This document shows, piece by piece, positions 22,550 through 31,743 of a stretch of 41,004 bases of DNA. Made by a program: the position numbers and the translations under genes. The notes beneath the pieces were generated by a model that made no database searches, was not told the origin of the DNA, and saw only the letters and a program-made list of their open reading frames with translations. The DNA lies in the NCBI GenBank assembly GCA_963733195.1, contig CAVTCR010000039.1:1-41004 (forward strand). The letters run 5' to 3'. The first letter of the stretch is position 1. Each line of letters starts with the position of its first letter. This DNA is from an uncultured delta proteobacterium (GTDB lineage Bacteria > Desulfobacterota > Binatia > Bin18).

Positions 22550-23742
22550 GGAATGGGCACAGTTGAGCGACAATTGGGGAAGTTTTATGCCGAAGAGATG
22601 GGACGGCCCGCGCTTAGCAACGCGGCTGCTCGTGGGCCTGCACTATTTGAAGTACCTCTATAATGTGAGTGATGAAGTGGTGGTGGCGAGTTGGGTGGAG
22701 AATCCGTATTGGCAGTATATTTGTGGGGAAGCATACTTTGCGCATAAGTTTCCCTGTGATGCGACAGTTTAGTGAAGTGGCGGCAGCGGGTGGGGGTGGA
22801 AGGGAGCGAGAAGTTACTCAAGGAATCGCTCGCGGCAGCGCAACGGGAAGCGGTGCTGACCGCGGCAGAGGTGAAGCGGGTGAATGTGGATACGACGGTG
22901 CAAGAGAAGGCGATTGCGTTTCCGACCGATGCGCGGTTGTATCACAAGGCGCGGCAAGCGCTGGTGCGGGTAGCGCAAGAGTTGTAACTTCAAGTTACGC
23001 CAGAGCTACGTCCGCTTGGGGAAGCGGGCGTTAGTGAATCAAGGCCGGTATGGGGCAGCCCGGCAACTCAAGCGCGCCCGGCGGGAAACCCGCAAACTGC
23101 GCACGTATTTGGGGCGGGTGCTGCGCAATGTGGAGCGGGGCTCCCTCAAGCTGTCGGCGAAGCAGGAACAGAGAGTGAGTGTCGCGCGGCGGATCTTTAC
23201 GCAGCAACGCACCGATCACGGCAAAGTCTATAGTGTCCATGCCCCGAGGTGGAGTGTATCGCCAAGGGAAAGTTCACAAGCACTACGAGTTTGGCTGCAA
23301 AGTGCCGATCGTGACCACTTCACGGCAGAGTTGGATTGTCGGGATCGATGCCGCGCACGACAATCCGTATGATGGAGTGACCTTGAAACCCGCGCTGGCT
23401 CAGGTCAAGCGTGTTACGGGAGTCCGGCCTCAGGAAGCGTTTGTTGATAAGGGCTTTCGCGGGCAGCGGTATCATCCGAAAGCCGTTGCAGTCTATATCG
23501 CCGGCCGGCAGCAATCTCACGCCGCAGTTGAGAAAGCTGCTCAAACGACGCTCGGCGATTGAGCCGGTGATCGGGCATACCAAGCACGACCACGGCATGA
23601 ATCGGAACTATCTGCTAGGGAAAGTCGGAGATCGTATCAACGCCTTGCTCAGCGGCAGTGCCTGGAACCTAAGAAACTGTGGCGCCATTTTGTCGACCAT
23701 CCGCTGCCAGTGCCCGCTACCTGACTTTTTCAGGGACGACTA
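22550..23742 (+). mobile_element. IS5-family element, 5'-truncated and frameshifted transposase
   Basis: RLLVGLHYLK, WVENPYWQY, VDTTVQEKAIAFPTD, KVYSVH, YEFGCK, NPYDG, VDKGFRG and RRSAIEPVIGH motifs; ends in TTTTTCAGGGACGACTA. Confidence 0.92.
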
Positions 23743-24594
23743 CCTACCCCTGTTAGGCGACCAGTTGTAAATTTTCGCGAGGCTCCCACCCATCAGTGCG
23801 GAACGCTCAGCCTCCGAGAGCTGGTCCGTGACCCGGAACGCCTCCACGCCTTGCTCGTAGGTCAACAAGTCTACGGCCCGGGTCCAGTCGGTGCCCCACA
23901 GGCAGCGGTCAAAACCGAACGCCTTGAAGATCTGGCCTAGCGGCTCCCAAATGTCCGGGTACGGGAAGGGTTGATGGGACAGAGTACAGGCACCGGAAAT
24001 CTTGATGGCCACGTTGTCGCAGGTAGCAAGCGACACCACGGTGGGTAACTCCGCGAACGGGTCTGGCGGAACGGGAGGCGCGAAGGGTTGGCTCAGTCCC
24101 ACATGATCGATCACCACCTGGGTGTTGGGATTCTGGCGGGCCAGGTCCCGTACGAGAGCCAACTTGCCCCAGCACATCACGTTCACTGGAATACCCGCTT
24201 TGGCACCCGCGGCGAGGATACGATTGAGACCCGGATCGTCCGCGTCGCCTGACCGGGGCGTGAGCATGAGGCGGGCACCGACTACTCCCGGTGTCCTTGC
24301 CCATTCCGCGATCTCCTCAGCGACCGCTTCCGACCGCGGATTGAAGGGTTTGATCAAGCCAAATCGGCCTGGATGTTTCGCGTACACCTCGAGGGCATAA
24401 CTGGCGTCGTAGCGATACAGCGTGAAGGGTGACACCAGCAACGCGCCATCAACGCCGACCGCGTCCATCGCTGCCACCATGTCGTCGCCGGTGACCTCCG
24501 CTGGTCCCTGCAGGAAGTTGCGCCACGGCCGCTCCGGACGATTCCGCTCGTAGGCATGGACTTGAGAGTCAATCGTGGGAGTCTGCATTGCCAT
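23740..24594 (-). CDS. Amidohydrolase (Amidohydro_2 family)
   Basis: IDSQVH, VIDHVG, IKISG and LWGTDW motifs. Confidence 0.92.
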   Translation of the reverse strand: MAMQTPTIDSQVHAYERNRPERPWRNFLQGPAEVTGDDMVAAMDAVGVDGALLVSPFTLYRYDASYALEVYAKHPGRFGLIKPFNPRSEAVAEEIAEWARTPGVVGARLMLTPRSGDADDPGLNRILAAGAKAGIPVNVMCWGKLALVRDLARQNPNTQVVIDHVGLSQPFAPPVPPDPFAELPTVVSLATCDNVAIKISGACTLSHQPFPYPDIWEPLGQIFKAFGFDRCLWGTDWTRAVDLLTYEQGVEAFRVTDQLSEAERSALMGGSLAKIYNWSPNRGR

Positions 24595-24774
24595 CGTACG
24601 TGCTCCTTTCCAAGATCCTCGGAGTATAGAAGATCCCGGGACGAGGAAGGAACCCCATACATGTAATTTGATGCTACTGCCCCAACAACTCGTGAAAATT
24701 CATAGAAGTTCGTGCCTCGTCAAGAAATAGAGAGTTGTCTTTCCTATCTCAATTTGAGAGTCGCCAGGACAAGA

Positions 24775-24925
24775 AGGTTGATCGTTCGCACCGGTACGAT
24801 CCCAGCCGCTTTAAATCTCTTGCAGGTCGTAACAAGTTCGCTCGGATCTGGATAAGCATAAGCAAGATGCGCAAGGCCAGTAGCATTCGGAACCTTGTCG
24901 ATCGTGCCGGGCCGTGCGACCAGCA
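24775..24925 (-). pseudogene. VOC/glyoxalase family fragment
   Basis: TGLAHLAYAY....ELVTT..RFKAAGIVPVRTIN, truncated on both sides. Confidence 0.55.
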
Positions 24926-24998
24926 CCTCCGCAGGGTTTATGTTGCAATACATTCAGGGTAATGGCTCAAGGACCCGATGACTCAATCGCTCAATGCT

Positions 24999-25440
24999 CT
25001 ATGGCTTGTCACTATCGCTCTTTCGCTTCCCCCACTGCGGCAGTCGCTTCTCCACTAAGGCCGACACGCCTTCAGGGAAATCTGGCTCGGTCACCATGCG
25101 TTTCACGAGGGCAACGGAATCAGCGATGGCGGTGCGCACGTCACGATGTAGGTCGCTGTAAATTTGTCGCTTGCTCTCGCATAGTGATCCAGGAGAGACT
25201 GTGGTAATCAGGGTACGGACATAGTTGTAGGTGTACGGGAGCAACTCTTCGGGTGGGACCACCGCGTTCACCAGGCCCATTGCCAAGACTTCCTCGGCAA
25301 GAAATACACGACTGGTAAGGATAAGATCCATGGCGCGGGGTAACCCAATCATCCGTGGGAGGAGCCACGACAACCCATACTCCGTAGGAAGATTGAGTTT
25401 GCCATGAGCGGTGGTCAGTTTTGCTCCAGCCGCCGCAAAA
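24999..25440 (-). pseudogene. Enoyl-CoA hydratase C-terminal fragment
   Basis: AKLTTAHGKLNLPTEYGLSWLLPRMIG..DLILTSRVF..EGVSALVEKR; N-terminal half missing. Confidence 0.8.
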
Positions 25441-25584
25441 AAGGAGTTAGAGAAATTTTTACCTTCCAAAAAGTTGACCAAAATCGAGCATTTTTTCGTA
25501 GGTCTGCAGTGAATGTAACCGATTGAAAACATTTAGTTATCGAAATGCCTATGAAAGAATTACGGACCTTTGTTGGAATAAATC

Positions 25585-25873
25585 CAACCGTGGACGATAT
25601 TTCTTGCTGACTGGGCAGGAACGTTCCGCTCAGGAAGCGTTACCCATGGGTGTAGTGAGCGAAGTCTTGCCTGCCGACCGTCTGCTACCACGAGCCTGGG
25701 AATTGGCCAAACAGCTTGTTAAGCAGCCACCACTCGCCTCGCGTTATGCGCGTGCCGTTCTTACCCAGCGCCTCAAACAATTGATGTTCGGCAATTTGGG
25801 CTATGGCCTTGCCTTGCAAAGACTTGCCGCCAACGACGTGGAAGTTCAGGGGATGGACTGCTGTGAATTATAG
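25585..25873 (+). pseudogene. Enoyl-CoA hydratase C-terminal fragment
   Basis: NRGRYFLLTGQ..AQEAL..GVVSEVLP..LLPRAWELA..LGYGLAL. Confidence 0.75.
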
Positions 25874-25885
25874 CTTCACTCAAGT

Positions 25886-26990
25886 TTACGGAACGAGTGA
25901 AGGAACTGGCCGATTCGCATAGAAGGCCTGACAACAGGCGGTGAGATAGGCCAACGCGTTCCGCTGTTGTTGCTGACAGCTCAGCAACACCGTCAGCATC
26001 GACGCGACAAAGCGACTGCCCCGCGCACTCTGCGTGCCAAAACTGACTTTGCGCCACAACACCGCGCCGCGTAGACTGCGCTCTGATGCGTTATTGGTGG
26101 GTTCAATGCCATCTACCCGCACGAACGTCCACAACGCTGCCTCACGGGCTAGTAATTCGCGACACGTGGCCGCGGTCTTTGGACACGCGCTCAGACTGCC
26201 CCACTCCAACTCCATCTTGAAGGAAGCGCGCAACGTCCGCACATAGGATTGAAAGGTCGACCGCTTCCAGGTGCCGTCACGCACCCAATGCCACCACACA
26301 AACAAGACGTAAGCATGTTCGAGCAAAGCTTCGCCGACCACTTGGCCCGGCCCGCCGCGATCGATCATCGCTTGGAAATCTCTAAGCAGATGTGACCAGC
26401 AGATCTGGCGTCTGCGCAGAGGATAACTATCATACACTTTGGCGCGATCACTGGTGAGAATGCTGCTATACCAGTCGCCGACCAACTCCGGAGCACTGCG
26501 GCTCCTCGGCCCGTGGTAATCGCAAACACACTGAGCTGCGTCGTCACCATCGTCCACAACGTGCGCCGCTTCCGCCGTTCCTTCCATGGCGTCTCATCGA
26601 TATTGAGATCACGACTCTGTACGTACACCGCCGCTTCTTCCACGGCAGGGGCCACGGCGTTCGTCACCGTCTGTTCAATTTGACTAATCTCGCCCAGCGA
26701 AAAGTCGATCCCTAACACCTCGCGACAAAAGCTGGCCGCCATGCGTTTGCTCATCCGATAGCCGCCCGTGCACAAGCGCCACCACACTGGCTAAGCGTGG
26801 CCCATAGCATGTTGGCAAAATGCCAGCAGGCAATTCCCCACACGTCGTGATCCCACAGCCCGCACACCGAAGCCGATGCCGTTGATATTCCGTAATTTGA
26901 GGACGCACGGGGGGAAACTCCACGACCTGGTGCCGCCACGGCGCAGGATCACTCCCGGTTAACGGCTTCCCACAACGCCGACACTGCCGA
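25886..26990 (-). mobile_element. IS66-family transposase (TnpC), 5'-truncated and frameshifted
   Basis: Zn-finger C..C, YGPRL, NIDETPW, SDRAKVY, QICWSHLLRDF and EPTNNASERSLR..RKVSFGTQS motifs. Confidence 0.92.
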
Positions 26991-27129
26991 GAAGGTATTT
27001 TGCTGCTCGGCGGCTGAGGCCCTGGGCCAGCCGCTGGATCGCTTTCTCACCGAGAGTTTCAGGCATGCGCTCGACAACTCCCTCGAGGCGTTCTCCCATG
27101 GTAGTCAGACACTACCATCAGCGTCTGGG

Positions 27130-27300
27130 CTCCGGGCGGCCTGACCACCAGACGAGCCGACGGACGAGAGTTTCCTATCGAGGCCACCATTGCCCATATC
27201 GAGGTGAGTGGCCGAAACTTTTACACCCTTATCGTGCGTGATATCGACGAGCGTCAGCGGGTTGAAGGGGAGATGCATCGGCTCCACCAACAGAATGACC
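27130..27300 (+). pseudogene. PAS/PAC domain fragment of a sensory regulator
   Basis: RRADGREFPIEATIAHIEVSGRNFYTLIVRDIDERQRVE followed by the start of a coiled coil. Confidence 0.65.
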
Positions 27301-27407
27301 TTGTGAGCAACCGCAACCACGCAGTCCGGCTGTTCGTGTTCACATTGGAACTCAAGCCACTGCGGGATGTAGTCGAGGGCGACCTTTAACCATTTGCCCA
27401 TGAGCAT
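27300..27407 (-). pseudogene. Serine hydrolase (beta-lactamase-like) N-terminal fragment
   Basis: KWLKVALDYIPQWLEFQ..EQPDCVVAVAHK, truncated. Confidence 0.4.
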
Positions 27408-27880
27408 ATGTTCCCTCTTTCGTTCTCGGGACCTCACTTTAATTCAACTGCAAGGGTTCCGGCTCCTAGCAAACATTTCTACCTACGAATAGCCAGAACG
27501 GTCTATAGGTTGCCCGCTCGATGCAGTTAGCTGTGGCTCCGTGCAAGCACCTACGAGAGAAACTATTTGAGAGATTGCGGAAGGAAACGAAGAAAAAGAG
27601 GTCGTCGAGTTGTCCAGAAATTCCTGGAAAACAGGACAGGTTGTGACCTTAGAAAATACAATAACCTACACGTCCGGGTAATCAGTACGAATTTTACCGC
27701 CATAATCGCGTACACCGCTCGTATCTCGTTTTGTGTAGCAGGTCCTTGCTCTTGTTAAACCTCAATCGCAGACACAAACTCGTCTCCCGAATCTACAAGA
27801 AATGAAAAAGCGCGGTAACTGTTCGTGAATTGCTGTCGCGTCCCAACAATGACCCGATACACACAATGCCTCATCGTGTT

Positions 27881-28199
27881 TCAGCGAGCAGGTTGCTCCA
27901 TCAGCGCACGGCGCACAGCATCCGGCTCACGAGCTATCACGGTCAGAAAGGCGCGGGCCGGCCCAGTGGGAACGCGCCGCCCGTGTTCCCAATGCTCCAG
28001 CGTCCGCTTACTCACGCCGAACGCCCGCGAGAATTCGCTTTGCGACATGTCCACCTTCTCTCGGATCGCCTTCACATCGATCTCTGCCGGGATATGGACG
28101 ATGCACCCGTGATCCTTCTCGTCTCGGGCAAAGGCTAAGGCACTCTTCGCCCCGGCAATGAGGCTCTCCCCAGCGGTTCGATTTCTGTTTCTTCTTCAT
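27881..28199 (-). CDS. XRE/HTH antitoxin (HigA-like), frameshift in 5' part
   Basis: DVKAIREKVDMSQSEFSRAFGVSKRTLEHWEHGRRVPTGPARAFL; ATG overlaps the toxin stop (ATGA). Confidence 0.85.
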
Positions 28200-28495
28200 G
28201 GCTTTTTGCTCCTGGCTTTATAGTCCTGCACCACTTGCGGCAAAATTTTTTTCAATGTGTTTCGCTCTTTCGGCGTTATATCCGTCTTCTCATTCTTGGC
28301 GAACGTGGAGAGCAGAAAGACGGGAATATCAACACCGCTATAGAAAGTAATGACGCGGTATTCACCGCTTTTCCCTCCTCCGGGACGGGCGAAGCGTACC
28401 TTTCGTGCGCCTCCTGTCCCCTTGATCTCGTTTCCTGCCATGGGATTGGCAGCAATAAAATTCACCATCTCGCGCGCTCTTCCTCCGTCACACCG
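28196..28495 (-). CDS. RelE/ParE-family toxin (HigB2-like), N-terminus damaged or missing
   Basis: IAANPMAG..IKGTGGARKVRF..GKSGEYRVITFY..VFLLSTFAKNEK. Confidence 0.85.
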   Translation of the reverse strand, partial: RCDGGRAREMVNFIAANPMAGNEIKGTGGARKVRFARPGGGKSGEYRVITFYSGVDIPVFLLSTFAKNEKTDITPKERNTLKKILPQVVQDYKARSKKP

Positions 28496-28791
28496 CCCCC
28501 TCTATCTCATCTCGCGCCTTCCCTCAAGTCTGAGAGCTGAACGGTTACGAGCGCGCCAGACCCCTTCAACCTCTCTGCCTCTGACGATGCATGAACAGGA
28601 GAGCGCAGACGGTGCTCGATTTTCATCATTCGTTGTGACCCATTAGGTTCATGCCCCACTGTCGCGAAGTTGATAGTAACGTTCTGTTACCTGCAATGAG
28701 TAGTATTTTTCTCACTCAAGTATTTCAATATAGAGTATAGGTTGTAAACCTTGCGACAGAGCTGCTGACTGACGCAGAGCCGATCACTCAT

Positions 28792-30555
28792 TTACCATAT
28801 TCCGGTTACGGTTTGATCGCTGGGCACGCCAAAGCCGGACTGCAAACACCGATCCTGCGCCGGGAAGCTCCCACAGCCATCCCACTGCCCATTGCCATTG
28901 TCTAAGTACCACTGCCCGTTGCGATACACCCCCAGCTGCGTAATCCCATCGCCATCCCAATCCCCGGTTACGGCTTGATCACTGGGCACGCCAAAGCCGG
29001 ACAGCCAGCACTGATCCTGTGCCGGGAAGTTCCCACAGCCATCCCACTGCCCATTGCCATTGTCTAAGTACCACTGCCCGTCGCGATACACCCCCAGCTG
29101 CGTAATCCCATCGCCATCCCAATCCCCGGTTACGGCTTGATCACTGGGCACGCCAAAGCCGGACAGCCAGCACTGATCCTGTGCCGGGAAGTTCCCACAG
29201 CCATCCCACTGCCCATTGCCATTGTCTAAGTACCACTGCCCGTCGCGATACACCCCCAGCTGCGTAATCCCATCGCCATCCCAATCCCCGGTCACGGCTT
29301 GATCACTGGGCACGCCAAAGCCGGACTGCAAACACTGATCCTGCGCCGGGAAGCTCCCACAGCCATCCCACTGCCCATTGCCATTGTCTAAGTACCACTG
29401 CCCGTCGCGATACACCCCCAGCTGCGTAATCCCATCGCCATCCCAATCCCCGGTCACGGCTTGATCGCTGGGCACGCCAAAGCCGGACAGCAAACACTGA
29501 TCCTGCCCCGGGAAGTTCCCACAGCCATCCCACTGCCCATTGCCATTGTCTAAGTACCACTGCCCGTCGCGATACACCCCCAGCTGGGTGGGTATGAGGC
29601 GCCAGCCAATATCGGTGAGCAGCTCTAATGTCAGCTCCAGGTTGTGATTCGGGCCGGTGTAGAACGGTTCCATTAATTCGTCGGGGCTGAGGGCCGTACT
29701 AAAATGCGACACCGAGGAGCCGGGCTCTTGCGAAAAGGGGGCGTACATTTCCACGTGCCCACTCGGATCCCGCCCGACTGTCAGGAATCCCCCGGCGGCA
29801 ACGACGTGCGGACCGACCCAGTGGAGATCGCCGATGGCCGTACTCGCCGCCACGCGCTCGGCATTGGTCATATCGGGATAGAGTTTCCCAGTGGCGTGGT
29901 CTTCGAGGTTAAGCATAAACGTGTCGTTGCGCCCCGAAAGCTTTGCGCCTGTGGAAAGGTCTACTAACGTCTGGAAGCCCACTCCATGGCCTATCTCGTG
30001 TAAAAGGACGGACACAAAGTCGAATTGGGCCGCTGGAGGGTTTCTATCCAGTCCATAGTACCACCCACCGGGGAACGCACATGTGGTCCCAAAGGAGCTG
30101 TTAAAGGTGGCGCCAATATCGTCACCACTTGGATCGAGGTCCTGTCCTGCGAGACTATTGGCCAGTGCCGCTGGAAACCAGGTGTTTGCGACCGGCGCCC
30201 CAGTGAAGTCGCGAGAGACGGTCTCGGCGCCGGCGGCGCCGAGAACCGCAGAGGAAGCATTGCAGGACAAGGGATTGAACTCTGCGCCGACTCTGACCTC
30301 CACGGGGCTGTCCAGAGAGGCCCCCCAGAGGTCTGCAGCGAACTGAAAGGCGATCAGCCGCTGGGCGCCGATGGTGACACCAGGGTTTCCTCCTACCGGG
30401 CTCGCTGGAGTGGGATCGTTAAACCCCTCACCCGAGCCATCAAGATTGACGATGGTTACTGTGGCTGCCTGCGCCAGGCGAGCGAGGGCGCCGGGGGTTA
30501 GCATCACGGCCAGCGCCAGCAGGGCGGTGCGCAGATGTCTTTTGTCATATCTCAT
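28792..30555 (-). CDS. Secreted zinc metallopeptidase (HExxH) with C-terminal FG-GAP-like repeats
   Basis: Signal peptide ending AQA; LLHEIGHGVGF; GSSVSHF..LMEP; repeats containing GDWDGDG. Confidence 0.85.
   Translation of the reverse strand: MRYDKRHLRTALLALAVMLTPGALARLAQAATVTIVNLDGSGEGFNDPTPASPVGGNPGVTIGAQRLIAFQFAADLWGASLDSPVEVRVGAEFNPLSCNASSAVLGAAGAETVSRDFTGAPVANTWFPAALANSLAGQDLDPSGDDIGATFNSSFGTTCAFPGGWYYGLDRNPPAAQFDFVSVLLHEIGHGVGFQTLVDLSTGAKLSGRNDTFMLNLEDHATGKLYPDMTNAERVAASTAIGDLHWVGPHVVAAGGFLTVGRDPSGHVEMYAPFSQEPGSSVSHFSTALSPDELMEPFYTGPNHNLELTLELLTDIGWRLIPTQLGVYRDGQWYLDNGNGQWDGCGNFPGQDQCLLSGFGVPSDQAVTGDWDGDGITQLGVYRDGQWYLDNGNGQWDGCGSFPAQDQCLQSGFGVPSDQAVTGDWDGDGITQLGVYRDGQWYLDNGNGQWDGCGNFPAQDQCWLSGFGVPSDQAVTGDWDGDGITQLGVYRDGQWYLDNGNGQWDGCGNFPAQDQCWLSGFGVPSDQAVTGDWDGDGITQLGVYRNGQWYLDNGNGQWDGCGSFPAQDRCLQSGFGVPSDQTVTGIW
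28795..29589 (-). repeat. Five tandem 162-bp (54-aa) repeats
   Basis: TQLGVYRDGQWYLDNGNGQWDGCG(N/S)FP.QDQC..SGFGVPSDQAVTGDWDGDGI. The period is seen at 28929, 29091, 29253, 29415 and 29577; the last copy ends TGIW*. Confidence 0.97.
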
Positions 30556-30585
30556 CTTTATCGTCCTTTTTGGAAAGCCCTCAGG

Positions 30586-31074
30586 CTACTGTTTCTCCGC
30601 AGAGCTGGGCATCTGAGGTTGATGTTGAATGTAGTACCTGCCATCGGGACCCTGCGTGGCGACCAGGGGGCTGCGAAAGCGCCCCCGCAGATCGACCTTG
30701 ACGCCCCCGCCTTGCACCGGACTAGGGACTTCCACCAGCCCCTGAGATGAGGTGCTGAAGGCCCTCCCGAGGGACTCTAGCTCTTCAGCGGAGGGGTGCC
30801 CTGTAAGCACCTCGATCTTTCCCGTCTGCGGATCTCTATAGACTCTTACGGCGGCAGCTCCTTCGGGGGTGCCGAGGGTTGTCTCGGCCGGCTTATCGGC
30901 AGTGGCCGTGCTGGATGGCACCCGCGTATCCTCAGGGCTAGGGTGCGGCAGTTCAGCAGCGATGCCCATAGGTATGGTGAACGCGAAGGAGGCCGTCACC
31001 GCGAGCGTACCCACCCGCAGCTTGTGGCCGGCCTTCTTCAAATGTGTCTGCTTGAAATGTGTCTGCTTGGTCAT
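30586..31074 (-). CDS. Small secreted protein (post-PEP-CTERM-1 domain-like)
   Basis: Signal-like N-terminus; VRVYRDPQTG..FSTSSQGLVEVP..GGGVKVDLRGRFRSPLVAT; AGGAGG RBS. Confidence 0.65.
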   Translation of the reverse strand: MTKQTHFKQTHLKKAGHKLRVGTLAVTASFAFTIPMGIAAELPHPSPEDTRVPSSTATADKPAETTLGTPEGAAAVRVYRDPQTGKIEVLTGHPSAEELESLGRAFSTSSQGLVEVPSPVQGGGVKVDLRGRFRSPLVATQGPDGRYYIQHQPQMPSSAEKQ

Positions 31075-31249
31075 GGATCTTCCTCCTTAAGGCGATTTCT
31101 TGAAAAGAATATCTCGTATTCGAGCAATTAAAACCGGACATATCAGCCCAGTTCAGACTGTTCTGGATTGTTATGCTTTGTATGGCGTTTGGGTATAACC
31201 TTTCCCGGAAATCGCCTAAGTTCGGTTGTGTGTTCTTGTGTTCCCCAAC

Positions 31250-31392
31250 ACCGCCGTCACATAGGCACCACGGAGGTGGACGATGACCTCACCGCCCCGC
31301 ACCGGCACTCCATGGTGGACTTGTTGAAACCGTACGTGTTCCATGCCCACTTCCTCGGAGCCTTGTACGCTTCCCACCAGTACCTGGTCGCG
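31250..31392 (-). pseudogene. FTP propeptide-motif fragment of an M4/M36 peptidase
   Basis: VGMEHVRFQQVHHGVPVRGGEVIVHLRG..VTAV, cut upstream by an IS1 end. Confidence 0.6.
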
Positions 31393-31480
31393 GGTAGTGT
31401 GATAATTTAGTTGATATCCCCCAATTACACCTGTACGCCCAACTCGAACCGATTGATGAACAGCCCGATCACTATAGGGT
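31393..31480 (-). mobile_element. IS1-family right-end fragment
   Basis: InsB tail IVIGLFINRFELGVQV* followed by the GGTAGTGT terminus at 31393. Confidence 0.7.
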
Positions 31481-31743
31481 ATGGCAACGATTCCTTCATT
31501 TTGGGACCACTTCGCATAATGAGTAAAAAACTCTTGACATTACAGCGGTTAGGTAGCGCTGCTGTCCCTTCTAAAATCAGTCAAATTTCACGCTGTCTGA
31601 GTCCCACTCTTTATGGATAGGGCGTTCAGTAAAGACTTTTTCTCTTGCTTCTGGACATGTAGCCCGAAAATGTACGTTTCGTTGTCATACCCCAATAGCA
31701 TTCATATCACAGAAGAAAGTCGAGTTACAAACAATCCGTGACT

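Noticed and set aside
22045-22566. 173-aa plus-strand ORF
   Set aside because: No motif; overlaps a DoxX-like relic on the opposite strand.
28795-29589. Regular repeats as a CRISPR array or DGR template/variable repeat pair
   Set aside because: Contiguous 162-bp in-frame coding repeats with no unique spacers and no cas genes. Differences are not adenine-specific, and the nearby RT lies inside a group II intron.
31040-31070. 15-bp tandem duplication (QTHFK/QTHLK) in the N-terminus of the partner gene
   Set aside because: Only two in-frame copies; no evidence of function.
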